This document shows positions 49,851-60,155 of a stretch of DNA of 64,000 bases, in pieces (positions within the stretch are counted from its first letter, which is position 1; each line of letters begins with the position of its first letter). The notes below the pieces were generated by a model. That model was not told the origin of the DNA. It searched no databases and was given only the letters and a program-made list of their open reading frames with translations. Source of the stretch: an uncultured Gemmatimonadales bacterium (lineage in GTDB: Bacteria; Gemmatimonadota; Gemmatimonadetes; Longimicrobiales; RSA9); assembly GCA_963783305.1 (NCBI GenBank), contig CAWAMW010000017.1:448001-512000 (forward strand), read 5' to 3'. Made by a program: the position numbers and the translations under genes.

Positions 49851-51133
49851 ACGCCCAGGGGGACCGTGAGGATGAAGCGACTGCCTGAGGCCCCCTCGCT
49901 CTCCACCGTAACATCGCCACCCAGCTGCTGCGCCATGCGCCGCGCAATGCTGAGACCGAGACCCGTGCCCCCGGCCTGCCGGGTCGATGACTGATCGACC
50001 TGCCAGAAGGCATCAAAGACCCGCTCGTGATGCTCCGGCGCGATTCCGGGGCCGGTGTCCTCGACGGCGATGCGCAGCCGGTCCTCCCGCACTCGCGCGG
50101 TCAGCACGACCCGGCCCTCCGCGGTGAACTTCACGGCGTTCGCTACGAGGTTCGAGACGATGCGAAGCAGTCGCTCGCGGTCGCTCGAGATCTCGACATC
50201 GTCCACCTCCACCTCCAGGCGGATCTCCTTCGCCTGCACCGAGGGCCGCAGCATCCCCGTGATCTCGTCGATGAGCGCCGGGAGGTGGATCCTCTCCGCC
50301 TGCAGCTCCAGCGGCCGGGTGTCACTCCGTGCGAAGACGAGGATATCATCGATTATGCGGAGCAGGTGGTCGGCGCTCTGCTTGATGCGGTCGATGTGCG
50401 AGCGCTGTCGCTCCGTCAGCTCCTGCTCCACGCCCATTTCCAGCAGACCGGCGTAGCCGATGACCGCGTTCAACGGCGTCCGCAGCTCATGGGACATCAC
50501 GGCGAGGAAGTCGGTCTTCGCCTGGCTGGCGGCGCTGGCCGCGTCGCGCGCCTCCCGTGCCTCCCGAAGTGCGACCTCCATCGCCCGCTGCCGCTGGGCA
50601 ACCTCCCCGGCCAGGCCGCGGATGTCGCCGCTCGCGCTCTCCAACTCCCGCTGCAGGCTGTCGCGCACGTCCCGAAGCTCGGCGTTCGCCTCTTCCAGCT
50701 GGACCCGACGGACCTCCGACTCCCGCGCACTTCGCACGAGCCGCAGCGCACGCGGGATCAACGGTGGGAGAGCAATGGCGGTCGCCACCGAAGCCAACGC
50801 AGTCACCGCCTTCACACCGCCGGCCGCCCAGTAGTCGGGATTCCAGACGGTCCAGACGGCCAGGAAGTGCGTAGTTCCGCACGCCACGATGAAAAGGCCG
50901 AACGCCAGGAACATCCATTCGAGCGGCAGCCCTCGGACCGCGTACTCCGCCCCCTCGGGGACCTCTCTTCGCGCGCGGACCACGAGCACGAGGAGGGCGA
51001 CCGCTATGCCGTAATACGCCATGCCCGTCAGAGAATCGGAGAGCACGTGGAGCCAGAGCAGATCAGGCTCCCACAGATAGCACATGCCATGCGGCATGAA
51101 CGAATCCATCGACGTCGTCTGGATCGCAAACAT
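49847..51133 (-). CDS. Sensor histidine kinase with ETR1-type ethylene-binding-like transmembrane domain
   Basis: SDSLTGMAYYGI..FGLFIVACGTTH..K.VTA.AS.ATA; MSHELRTPLN, NAVKFT, DTGPGI, GTGLGL. Confidence 0.9.
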   Translation of the reverse strand: MFAIQTTSMDSFMPHGMCYLWEPDLLWLHVLSDSLTGMAYYGIAVALLVLVVRARREVPEGAEYAVRGLPLEWMFLAFGLFIVACGTTHFLAVWTVWNPDYWAAGGVKAVTALASVATAIALPPLIPRALRLVRSARESEVRRVQLEEANAELRDVRDSLQRELESASGDIRGLAGEVAQRQRAMEVALREAREARDAASAASQAKTDFLAVMSHELRTPLNAVIGYAGLLEMGVEQELTERQRSHIDRIKQSADHLLRIIDDILVFARSDTRPLELQAERIHLPALIDEITGMLRPSVQAKEIRLEVEVDDVEISSDRERLLRIVSNLVANAVKFTAEGRVVLTARVREDRLRIAVEDTGPGIAPEHHERVFDAFWQVDQSSTRQAGGTGLGLSIARRMAQQLGGDVTVESEGASGSRFILTVPLGV

Positions 51134-51330
51134 GGACGGTCCTCGGGTATGGGGCAGCGGGAATTATAGGGGATCCTCACCGGCAACGGCACTGCCGCCG
51201 TGCCCGGCCCGGCACACCAACGGAGGGGGCTGGCGCCCTCGAGCGATCCCGTTCCCATAGCGCGTCAGGCTGGATCGCCCTGACTCGTGCGGATATAGTT
51301 CGGCATGACCCGCGACACGGAGGCCAGGCC

Positions 51331-52143
51331 ATAGAAGACGAACACTCGCACGTTCCGGCGTCACCGCAGGCGCGCCGCCTTTCCGCGCTGGAGGTCGAGG
51401 CGGTGATCCGTCGCGCCGTGGAGCTCCAGGTCCACGAGGGCGAGGATGCCACGAGCGCGCAGGAAGGGATGCCGGAGGGCGAGCTGACGCGGATCGGCCG
51501 GGAGATCGGGCTGTCGCCTCGCCATATCCAGCAGGCTCTGGCCGAGACGTCGCCCGGACCCGCGCCGACGCCCGGTCTGGTAGACCGGAGCTTCGGCCCC
51601 CCGGACGTCGCGTCATCCCGCCTCCTCGGCATTCCGGCGAACCGGGCGCGGGACGAGCTGGACGGGTTCGCCCGTACCCAGGAATTGATGGTGGTCCGAC
51701 GGCGGTTCAGTGATCGGACCGTCTACACTCGAGCGGCCGGCTTCGCTGCCGAGCTCCAGCGCGGCCTGTCCGGGCTCAGTCAGAAGCACCCGCGCCTCGA
51801 CGCCCGCGAGCTCGAGATCGGCGTCCGCGAGGCCAACGAGGACTCGTGCTACGTGGCGCTCCGCGGCAACTTCCGCGGCCTCCGGGCGGGGTGGCTGGGC
51901 GGCGCGGCCGCCGGGGCGAGCGGGGGCGTCGTGCTGGCGACTGTCTTCGGGATCGCCATCGCCCCGCCCGCCGCCCTCGTCGGCGCCCCCGTCCTCGCAG
52001 CCGCGGCCTGGGGCTCCCGAGCCGGCTACCGCGGGGTCATCGCCAGGAAGCGGGAGCTCATGGAGAGCATTCTGGACCGTCTGGAGCACGGCGAGCTGGC
52101 CGCCCCGGAGCGGCCCGGACTACGGGAGCGACTCGGACTCTGA
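51331..52143 (+). CDS. Hypothetical membrane protein (start uncertain: ATA 51331 or GTG 51403)
   Basis: VIRRAVELQ..ELTRIGREIGL N-terminus; C-terminal TM hairpin. Confidence 0.7.
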   Translation: MEDEHSHVPASPQARRLSALEVEAVIRRAVELQVHEGEDATSAQEGMPEGELTRIGREIGLSPRHIQQALAETSPGPAPTPGLVDRSFGPPDVASSRLLGIPANRARDELDGFARTQELMVVRRRFSDRTVYTRAAGFAAELQRGLSGLSQKHPRLDARELEIGVREANEDSCYVALRGNFRGLRAGWLGGAAAGASGGVVLATVFGIAIAPPAALVGAPVLAAAAWGSRAGYRGVIARKRELMESILDRLEHGELAAPERPGLRERLGL

Positions 52144-52194
52144 GAGCCACCTCCGCAGGTTCGTGCGCCGAGTGACGGCGACGCTGGGCACTGC

Positions 52195-52893
52195 TTACAT
52201 GATGATGGTGTAGCGGAACCACTCCGCCACCGGCGAGCCATCCCGCCGGGCCGCCTCGAACACCCAGCCGGCAGCGTGCTCCCGCAGGCGACGGTCGAAA
52301 CCACGGTCGCCCGTCGGCGGATCGAGTCGCGTGGAATCGGCGATCACCCGGCCCACGGAGCTCACGAAAACCCACACGTCCACCTCCCTCCCGCGGACCC
52401 GGTCGGGGGGGTCGCGTGGCGGCAGGATCATCCCGCGGGGGCGCGGGGGCACGACGCGGAACAGGCCCTCCGCCTCCGTCCCGCCATCCCCCTGCCCGGT
52501 GCCGTCCGCCAGGCCCGGCCCCTCCTCGGCGCCTGGCAGCCCCGGGAGCATGGCCACATCCGACAGCTCCGGCGCCACGATCCCTACCTCGAGCACCTCC
52601 GGCTCGGGCTCCGGCTCCACCTCCAGCACGTCTTCCGTGGGCTGCGGGATGGGCTCCGGCGGGCTCTCGACCTCCGGCGGTGGTGATCTCAGATCCACGG
52701 CCTGCATCCCGCCTCCCAGCGCCGCCCGGGCGTCGCCCCGACGCTCGCCGGCGGCGGAGAACGGCGACGGCGGGATCGGGCGGTCGTTGAAATAGAGGAA
52801 GAGCGCGGCGTGACCGAGCAGCGACAGCACCAGCCCCCACCGCAGGGCGCGGCGATATCGCTCGTCGAGGCTGAGAGTTCGTGTGTCGGACAT
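52195..52893 (-). CDS. TonB-like energy transducer
   Basis: TM with SLLGH, EP/Pro-rich linker, C-terminal VFVSSVGRV..WVFEAARRDG.PV. Confidence 0.75.
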   Translation of the reverse strand: MSDTRTLSLDERYRRALRWGLVLSLLGHAALFLYFNDRPIPPSPFSAAGERRGDARAALGGGMQAVDLRSPPPEVESPPEPIPQPTEDVLEVEPEPEPEVLEVGIVAPELSDVAMLPGLPGAEEGPGLADGTGQGDGGTEAEGLFRVVPPRPRGMILPPRDPPDRVRGREVDVWVFVSSVGRVIADSTRLDPPTGDRGFDRRLREHAAGWVFEAARRDGSPVAEWFRYTIIM

Positions 52894-53300
52894 GTCCCGT
52901 GCTGGAAAGGTGGCCCATCGTGGTACGCCGCCGCGCCGCCACCGTTCCGCGGCCCGGCAGGATATCGCGCCCGGCCCTACTACGAGAGCGCACCCCCCGG
53001 CGGATTCACCCACCACGCGGGCCGACGCCGTCCAGAACGGCCTGACATGAAGGGCTCGAACGGCTCGAAGGACTCGAATACGACCGGGGAATCGGCGGGC
53101 CCACCGGAGAATGTCAGCCGCCCGGCGAGATCAAAGCTCCTGATGCTGGCTGCCCCCGGTAGCTCCAGTTCCGCCGCGAGCCCCCCCACCGGCTTCGCGC
53201 CCTTCGTCACTTCGAGCCCTTCGTGTCAAAGCTTTTTGCTGTTGCTGTTGCTGTTCCTGTGAACTGGAATCCGTGCTCAGTGAACGGCGGCGCGGCCGCC

Positions 53301-54305
53301 CTACCCGTAACGTTCCAGGAACCGCATGAGCGCCGCCTCTTCGGGATAGTACTGGACGGGCTCCTCCGTCCTCACCTCCCGGGGCTCCTTCCGCATGAGC
53401 GGCTCAATGGTCCGCCCCTCCGCCTCGTACTGCTCGAACACCGCCGGGTGGATATACGCGCTCCGGGCGATCGCCGGCGTGTTCCCCAGCTCGCTCGCCA
53501 CGAGCCGCGCGGTCATGACCGTGTTCTTGTGCGCCTCCCGCTCCCCCGAGGCAGGGCCCAGGTCCGACAGGATCGTTGCCGCCCGCACCGTGCCCCCGAA
53601 CGTCCGCAGGTCCTTCGACGTGTAGCGCTCGTGCAAAATCTCCTTGATGTACCGGTTGACCGCCCGGGCCGTCACGTTTTCCACCCGTCCGTCCTCGCAC
53701 CGGTACCGGAACAGCCGCGGGCCCGGCAGCTCCATCAGATCCCTGATGATCTCCACCAGCGGCGTGTCCGCAACCACCCGGCGATGGTCCTTGCGACGCT
53801 TCCCCACATACGTGAACACGAGGTCATGGTCGCGGATCTCCAGGTGGTTCTTCTTCAGCGTGGCGATCCCGAACGTCTTGTTCTGCTCCGCGTACCGCTC
53901 GCTCCCGATCCGGAAAAAGGCCCGACTGATCAGCCGGACCACCGTCGCCAGCACCTTGCGACGGTCCAGCTCCGTCCGCTTCAGGTCGACATTCGTCGCC
54001 GCCCGAAGCTCCGGCAGCGCCCGCGCGTACATCAGCGCCCGGTCCCACTTGCGACGGTTCCGCTCCGCCACCGCCTCTTCACTGTAGATGTACTGCTTTC
54101 GGCCCGCCGCGTCCCGACCCCACGCCTGCAGCTTCCGCTTCGATGACGGGGCGATGTGTACGTCCGTCCAGCCCGGTGGGATGGCGAGCCGGTCAATGCG
54201 ATCCAGCCCGGCCTCCCACACCAGCTCTCCGCCGCTCACTGTCTCATAGGTGAACCCGGAGTCCTTGTCGCCGCCGCGAAACCACCAGCTCTGCTCATCG
54301 GTCAT
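53301..54305 (-). CDS. DNA topoisomerase IB (poxvirus-like bacterial type)
   Basis: IPPGWTDV, GRDAAGRKQYIY, FRIG, YVGK, KDLRT, LGNTPAIARSAYIHP. Confidence 0.95.
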   Translation of the reverse strand: MTDEQSWWFRGGDKDSGFTYETVSGGELVWEAGLDRIDRLAIPPGWTDVHIAPSSKRKLQAWGRDAAGRKQYIYSEEAVAERNRRKWDRALMYARALPELRAATNVDLKRTELDRRKVLATVVRLISRAFFRIGSERYAEQNKTFGIATLKKNHLEIRDHDLVFTYVGKRRKDHRRVVADTPLVEIIRDLMELPGPRLFRYRCEDGRVENVTARAVNRYIKEILHERYTSKDLRTFGGTVRAATILSDLGPASGEREAHKNTVMTARLVASELGNTPAIARSAYIHPAVFEQYEAEGRTIEPLMRKEPREVRTEEPVQYYPEEAALMRFLERYG

Positions 54306-54353
54306 GGGGGCGGACCGCCATTCACGAGACGTGCCACGACCGGATTCCGCCGA

Positions 54354-55163
54354 TCAGACCGCCGCCGATGCCTGCGTCGCCGCCACGGGGTCCCGGAGGA
54401 ATCCCAGCGAGAGCCGGTTGAAGTGGTCCGGGCGGTCGATGTTGCAGACGTGGCCCGCCCTCTCGATCGCCCAGCACACCGCCCGCCCCTGACGCTCCGC
54501 CAGCCGCCGCGCCGCCGACAGGAACATGTGATCCTCTTCCCCCATCAGGTACAGCGTCGGAATGCCCACGTCCCGTTCCTCGAACAGGCGCAGGATCGGC
54601 TTCAGCTCCATCGTCAGACGGAACCACCGCAGAAACTCCTTCCGCGCCAGCTTCTGCGCCTCCCGGACGAACAGGTTCCGACTCTCCCGGTGCCCCGCCC
54701 GCGGCATGATGATCCACGCCAGCAGGCGGTACAGCCACATGAACGGAACCACCCGCTTCAGCAGGTTGCCCAGCGCCACCAGCACCGTCGATCGCACGTT
54801 CAGACGCACTACCGCTCCACCCAGCACCATCGACTGCACCCGCTCCGGCGCCACCTCCGCGATCGTTCGGATGATCAGCGACCCCAGCGAGATCCCCACG
54901 AAATGCGCCCGCTCGATTCCCAGGTGGTCCAGCACCTCCACCACCTCCCGACTCACCGCCTCGAACGTGTACGGCTTGTGCTCCCTCCCATCCGGGATCG
55001 CCGCCGAACCTCCGTGGCCGCGCAGATCCACCAGCACCAGGTTGTGCACCTCCCGGTACGCACGCAGCTGCCGGAACCACACCGACGAGCTCCCGCCCGC
55101 GCCGTGCACGAAGACCACCCACTCCCGGCCTTCTCCCGATTCGTACACCTTGTGATGCAGCAT
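54354..55163 (-). CDS. Alpha/beta hydrolase
   Basis: FVHGAGGSS, DLRGHG, GISLG, GEED, GHVCN. Confidence 0.9.
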   Translation of the reverse strand: MLHHKVYESGEGREWVVFVHGAGGSSSVWFRQLRAYREVHNLVLVDLRGHGGSAAIPDGREHKPYTFEAVSREVVEVLDHLGIERAHFVGISLGSLIIRTIAEVAPERVQSMVLGGAVVRLNVRSTVLVALGNLLKRVVPFMWLYRLLAWIIMPRAGHRESRNLFVREAQKLARKEFLRWFRLTMELKPILRLFEERDVGIPTLYLMGEEDHMFLSAARRLAERQGRAVCWAIERAGHVCNIDRPDHFNRLSLGFLRDPVAATQASAAV

Positions 55164-55242
55164 CTCACGCTCCAACCTCGCCACCCCGTTTCCATCACGC
55201 CCGCCCAACATACCGCACACTCCGCCGCCGCGGGAGCCGCTC

Positions 55243-55283
55243 TTGACCTCAACTTCATTTTTGGATAGGGTAGGGGGGTATCC
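55243..55283 (+). promoter_or_regulatory. csoR promoter and CsoR-type operator
   Basis: TTGACC at 55243; GGATAGGGTAGGGGGGTATCC (GGATA/TATCC arms around G-tracts) at 55263-55283. Confidence 0.75.
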
Positions 55284-55296
55284 TACAAGGAGCGAC

Positions 55297-55608
55297 ATGC
55301 ATACCGAGCACAGACACGGGGCACTCCACGATGAGCCCGAGACCCGCGAGAACGTGACCGCCCGTCTCAAGCGCATCGAGGGTCAGGTGCGAGGGATCCA
55401 GAAGATGGTGGACGAGGGACGCTACTGCCCGGATGTGCTGACGCAGATCGCGTCGGTGCACGCGGCGCTGCGAGGAGTGGGCAAGGTGCTGATGCGCAGC
55501 CATCTCCAGCACTGTGTCACGGACGCGTTGCGGAGTGGCGATCCGGTGGAGGCGGAGCGGACGTACGAAGAGGTGATGGATCTCATGTACCGGCACGTGC
55601 GGGAGTAG
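55297..55608 (+). CDS. csoR: Copper-sensing repressor CsoR
   Basis: [23 protein letters not shown] (Cys-His-Cys ligand set). Confidence 0.92.
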   Translation: MHTEHRHGALHDEPETRENVTARLKRIEGQVRGIQKMVDEGRYCPDVLTQIASVHAALRGVGKVLMRSHLQHCVTDALRSGDPVEAERTYEEVMDLMYRHVRE

Positions 55609-55613
55609 GCGAG

Positions 55614-58202
55614 ATGACAGAAGAGGGCACAGCCGTGGAGACGCGGCCTGAGGAGGGGGCGAAGCAGGGGTTCGCCCGTCTGGAGATCCCGGTGACCGGG
55701 ATGACGTGTGCGGCGTGCGCGTCGCGAATCCAGAAGGGACTGACGAAAGCCGAGGGCGTGCGGGACGCGGGGGTGAACTTTGCCACGGAGCGCGCCACGG
55801 TGGAGTACGACCCGGCCACGGCCACGGCCGCGTCGCTGGTGGAGGCGGTGCGGTCGAGCGGGTACGGCGCGCGTCTGGAGGAGACGGAGCTGCAGGTCTC
55901 GGGGCTGGAGATGGCGGCGACCGGCGAGGGAGTGGAGCGCGAGCTGAAGGCGCTGTCGGGGGTGCTGAACGCCGAGGTGAACATCGCCACGGGCAGCGCT
56001 CGCGTCGTCTTCATCCCGGAGGTGGTGACGGCCGACGACTTCGAGAGGGCGGTGAAATCCGCCGGGTACGAGCTCGCGGCACCCATCGACGTGGCGGACC
56101 CCGCCGAGCGGGAGCGGATCGCGCGGGAGCGGGAGTACGGCACACTGCGGCGGAAGTTCTGGTTCTCGGCGGTGGTGAGCGCCATTGCCATGGTGGTCTC
56201 CATGCCGCTGATGATGCGGAACTCGAGCGCCATGGGGCAGGACCTCTTCCACCGTCTCATGATGCCGGTGAACGAAGTCCTTTCGGGCGTGGCCCCATGG
56301 CTCTACACGGTTGATCGGGCGATCCTGACGTGGCTGCTCCTGGTGCTCACCATACCGGTGGTGTTCTGGGCCGGGCGCCAGTTCTACAAGGGCGCCTGGA
56401 GCGGGCTGCTGCACGGCAGCTCGGACATGAACACGCTGATCGCCGTCGGTACCGGAGCGGCCTTCACGTACAGCGTGGTGGCCACCGTGGCCCCCGGGAT
56501 CTTCACGCGCGCGGGGCTCCCCGCGGACGTGTACTACGAGGCGGTGGTCATGATCATCGCGCTGATCCTCCTGGGGAAGATGCTGGAGGCCCGGGCGAAG
56601 GGGCGGACGAGCGAGGCGATCCGGAAGCTGGCGGGTCTCCAGCCGCGGACCGCGCGGGTGGTGCGTGACGGCGGTCCGGCGGACGTGGACATCGACGAGG
56701 TCCGTGTGGGCGACATCGTGGTGGTTCGCCCGGGCGAGCGGATCCCCGTGGACGGCCGCGTGGTGGAGGGCCGAAGCGCCGTGGACGAATCGCTCCTCAC
56801 GGGCGAGCCGCTTCCGGTGGAGAAGGGTGAGGGTGCCGAAGTGGTGGGCGGGACCATCAACGGCCAGGGCGGGTTCCGGTTCGAGGTCACCCGCGTCGGC
56901 CGGGACACGGCCCTCGCCCAGATCGTGAAGCTGGTCCGGGACGCGCAGGGATCGAAGGCGCCCATCCAGCGGCTGGCGGACGTCATCGCGGGGATCTTCG
57001 TGCCCATCGTCATCGGCATCGCAGCCCTGGCCGCTGCCGTGTGGTGGATCGTGGGTCCGGACCCGGGGTTCGTGTTCGCCCTGGTCACCTTCGTCACCGT
57101 CCTGATCATCGCCTGCCCGTGCGCACTCGGCCTGGCCACCCCTACGGCGGTGATGGCGGGGACGGGCGCTGGAGCGGAGCACGGGGTGCTCTTCAAGGGC
57201 GGCGCCGCTCTGGAGACGGCGCACAAGCTGGACACGATCGTGCTGGACAAGACCGGGACCATCACGGAGGGGAAGCCGACCGTGGTGGAGATCGTCGTCG
57301 CCGGTGACGACAGCGAGAGCCCGTTGGAGGAGGACGCGCTGCTCCAGCTGGTCGCCTCCCTGGAGACCGCATCGGAGCACCCGCTGGCCGGCGCCATCGT
57401 GGCCGCCGCGCGGGAGCGCGGTCTGGAGCTCACCGAGCCGCAGGACTTCTTCGCCACCGGCGGCCGGGGCGCCGAGGCGGTCGTGGACGGACGGCTGCTG
57501 TTCGTCGGCAACGGCGCGTTCATGGCGGAGCAGGCGATGGACACCGCGGGTCTGGCCAACGCGGCCGATCGGATGGCGGCCGAAGCGCAGACTCCGGTGT
57601 TCGTGGGCAGCGAAGGGACCGTGCTCGGCGTGATCGGGATCGCGGACCCCGTGAAGCCGTCGAGCCGGGCGGCGATCCGGACCCTCGAATCGCTCGGCCT
57701 GGAGGTGGTCATGCTCACCGGCGACCATCGCGCCACGGCGGAGGCCATCGCGCGGCAGGTCGGGGTCGATCGCGTGGTGGCCGAGGTGCTGCCGAAGGGG
57801 AAGGTGGAGGAGATCCAGCGGCTCCAGGGCGAGGGTCGCAAGGTCGGGATGGTGGGCGACGGCCTCAATGACGCCCCCGCCCTCGCCGCCGCGGACATCG
57901 GCATCGCCATCGGGACGGGAACGGACGTTGCCCTGGAGGCTTCGGACGTCACACTGATGCGCGGGGATCTGAGCGGTGTGCCCGACGCCATACGCTTGTC
58001 CCGGCGCACCATGCGGGTCATCCGACAGAACCTGTTCTGGGCGTTCGTCTACAACATCATCGGGATCCCCATCGCGGCCGGCGTGCTGTACCCGGTCTGG
58101 GGGATCCTGCTGAGCCCGGTGATCGCGAGCGCCGCCATGGCGTTCAGCTCGGTCAGCGTCGTCACGAACTCGCTGCGACTGCGGCGGTTCCCGGCGGCAT
58201 GA
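55614..58202 (+). CDS. copA: Cu(I)-translocating P1B-type ATPase
   Basis: [36 protein letters not shown]. Confidence 0.96.
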   Translation: MTEEGTAVETRPEEGAKQGFARLEIPVTGMTCAACASRIQKGLTKAEGVRDAGVNFATERATVEYDPATATAASLVEAVRSSGYGARLEETELQVSGLEMAATGEGVERELKALSGVLNAEVNIATGSARVVFIPEVVTADDFERAVKSAGYELAAPIDVADPAERERIAREREYGTLRRKFWFSAVVSAIAMVVSMPLMMRNSSAMGQDLFHRLMMPVNEVLSGVAPWLYTVDRAILTWLLLVLTIPVVFWAGRQFYKGAWSGLLHGSSDMNTLIAVGTGAAFTYSVVATVAPGIFTRAGLPADVYYEAVVMIIALILLGKMLEARAKGRTSEAIRKLAGLQPRTARVVRDGGPADVDIDEVRVGDIVVVRPGERIPVDGRVVEGRSAVDESLLTGEPLPVEKGEGAEVVGGTINGQGGFRFEVTRVGRDTALAQIVKLVRDAQGSKAPIQRLADVIAGIFVPIVIGIAALAAAVWWIVGPDPGFVFALVTFVTVLIIACPCALGLATPTAVMAGTGAGAEHGVLFKGGAALETAHKLDTIVLDKTGTITEGKPTVVEIVVAGDDSESPLEEDALLQLVASLETASEHPLAGAIVAAARERGLELTEPQDFFATGGRGAEAVVDGRLLFVGNGAFMAEQAMDTAGLANAADRMAAEAQTPVFVGSEGTVLGVIGIADPVKPSSRAAIRTLESLGLEVVMLTGDHRATAEAIARQVGVDRVVAEVLPKGKVEEIQRLQGEGRKVGMVGDGLNDAPALAAADIGIAIGTGTDVALEASDVTLMRGDLSGVPDAIRLSRRTMRVIRQNLFWAFVYNIIGIPIAAGVLYPVWGILLSPVIASAAMAFSSVSVVTNSLRLRRFPAA

Positions 58203-58266
58203 CCGGAACCGCACCAGGGTGTATGTTTCACACGGAAACCAAACTCGGTACAAGGGGAGAAAATCA

Positions 58267-58482
58267 ATGGCCAGGACGAAGCTGAACGTCTCCGGAATGA
58301 CCTGTAACCACTGCGTCAACACGGTCCAGAACGCGCTCCAGAATGTGCAGGGGGTTCGCTCCGCCAGGGTGGACCTCGACAGCGGAACGGCCATCGTGGA
58401 CTACGACGACGCCCACGCCGACCCCCGGGAGATGGCCGCCGCCGTGGCGGACGCCGGCTACCAGGCGAACGAGACCGACTGA
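58267..58482 (+). CDS. copZ: Copper chaperone (HMA domain)
   Basis: GMTCNHC; 71 aa; directly after copA. Confidence 0.9.
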   Translation: MARTKLNVSGMTCNHCVNTVQNALQNVQGVRSARVDLDSGTAIVDYDDAHADPREMAAAVADAGYQANETD

Positions 58483-58485
58483 CGC

Positions 58486-59892
58486 GTGGCATCGCCCACG
58501 CCCGAACGGCGGAAGGGTGAACGCCGAGGGGTGACGCTCAGGAGCCGGCTGCTCACGCTGCTCGCGCTCCTGGGCTTCACCATCCTGGTACGCCAGCTCC
58601 TGGAGGCGATCCCGGGCGGTGGCCTCACGCCCATCGTGACTGTCAGCCTGGGGTTCCTCCTCCTCGCGGCCTTCCTCGGCGGCCGCATCTCCGCCGACCT
58701 CGGCGTCCCCCGCATCACCGGGTACATCCTGCTGGGCCTGCTCGTGGGCCCCGGCGTCCTGAACCTGGTGACGGAGGAGGCGATCGAGGGACTCAAGCTC
58801 ATCGACGACATCGCCATCAGCCTCATCGCCCTCTCGGCCGGCGGCGAGCTCCGCATCAGCGAGCTGCGGGAGCGGGCGGGCTCCATGGCCGCCATCATGC
58901 TGGCCGAGATGACGCTGGTCTTCATGGTGGTCGCCGGCGGGGTGGTCGTGGCCGCGGACCTTCTGCCCATTACGGCCGGGATGCCCACCGGCGCCGTCCT
59001 GGTCATCGCCGTGGTCTTCGGGAGCATCGCCATCGCCAACTCGCCGTCGGTGGCCATCGCGGTGATCAACGACACCCGCTCACGCGGCCCCGTGGCGTCC
59101 ACCATTCTGGGTGTCACCGTACTCAAGGACGTCGCCGTCATCCTCCTCTTCGCCATCGCGCTGGCCGTGGCCCGGACCGCGCTCACGCCGGGTGAGGGCT
59201 TCGAGGCGGAGTTCTTCCTGGGGCTGGCCGCGGAGATCGGCGGATCCATTCTCGCCGGCGCACTGAGCGGCGCGGTGATCGCGGCGCTCCTGCCCAGCGT
59301 ACGGAGGCACGCGGTCCTCTTCGCCCTCGCCATCGCGTTCCTGAACGCCTACGTGGCCGAGCTCCTCCACCTCGAGGTGCTCCTCATGTCGCTCGTCGCC
59401 GGCTTCTTCCTCGAGAACCTGAGCCGCGTCCACGGAGGTCCATTCGTCGAGGGGCTGGAGAAGAATGCGCTCCCCGTCTACGCCATCTTCTTCGCGCTGG
59501 CCGGCGCGTCGATTCACCTCGCCGATCTGGCCGCCCTGTGGCCCTTCGTCGCCGGGTTCGTCCTGCTCCGCGCCGCCGCGATCTTCGGCGGGACATGGAT
59601 CGGCGCACGGGTCAGCGGCGCCGAGCCGGAAGTGCGTCGCTACGCCTGGCTCGGCTTCATCTCCCAGGCCGGCGTGACACTCGGAATGGTCGTGATCGCG
59701 GCCCGATCGTTCCCGGAGTGGGGCGCCGAGCTCCAGACGCTCTTCGTCGCCATGGTCGCCGTGCACGAGCTGACGGGTCCGATCCTGCTCCAGTGGGGAC
59801 TCAAGAAGGCCGGAGAGGTGGGCGCCCGCGACAGGGTCGCGCCCGTGGCCGTAGAGACCGGGACGGCGGCGGGCTCCAGCGCCCGCCCCTGA
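58486..59892 (+). CDS. Cation:proton antiporter (CPA2/Kef-type)
   Basis: PRITGYILLGLLVGP, AGGEL, VLKD, FFALAGA, SQAGV. Confidence 0.88.
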   Translation: MASPTPERRKGERRGVTLRSRLLTLLALLGFTILVRQLLEAIPGGGLTPIVTVSLGFLLLAAFLGGRISADLGVPRITGYILLGLLVGPGVLNLVTEEAIEGLKLIDDIAISLIALSAGGELRISELRERAGSMAAIMLAEMTLVFMVVAGGVVVAADLLPITAGMPTGAVLVIAVVFGSIAIANSPSVAIAVINDTRSRGPVASTILGVTVLKDVAVILLFAIALAVARTALTPGEGFEAEFFLGLAAEIGGSILAGALSGAVIAALLPSVRRHAVLFALAIAFLNAYVAELLHLEVLLMSLVAGFFLENLSRVHGGPFVEGLEKNALPVYAIFFALAGASIHLADLAALWPFVAGFVLLRAAAIFGGTWIGARVSGAEPEVRRYAWLGFISQAGVTLGMVVIAARSFPEWGAELQTLFVAMVAVHELTGPILLQWGLKKAGEVGARDRVAPVAVETGTAAGSSARP

Positions 59893-59940
59893 CCGGTCGG
59901 CCCCAGCGGCCGCCCCGGGCACCGACGGGCGCAGCGCGGG

Positions 59941-60153
59941 CTAGCCCGACAGCCTGGCGCTGAAGCCCGCCTCCTTCACCCGCTCGAGGATCCGGGTGTA
60001 GTCTACCTCGTCGTCCTCGAAATCGACCTCGGCACAGCCCTCGCCGGGGCTGACCACGACCCCGAACACGCCTGGCATGTCGCGCAGCGCAGCCTCCAGA
60101 CGGCCCTCATCCCCGGGTCGGAGTCCTTCCACCTTCAGCAGCATGGTGGCCAT
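59941..60153 (-). CDS. HMA-fold protein lacking CxxC
   Basis: LKVEGL..LEAAL..PGV..AEVDF..VKEAGF pattern. Confidence 0.75.
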   Translation of the reverse strand: MATMLLKVEGLRPGDEGRLEAALRDMPGVFGVVVSPGEGCAEVDFEDDEVDYTRILERVKEAGFSARLSG

Positions 60154-60155
60154 GG

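Noticed and set aside
53301..54305. Integrase for the tRNA islet
   Set aside because: Motifs match topoisomerase IB, and it lies about 26 kb from the islet.
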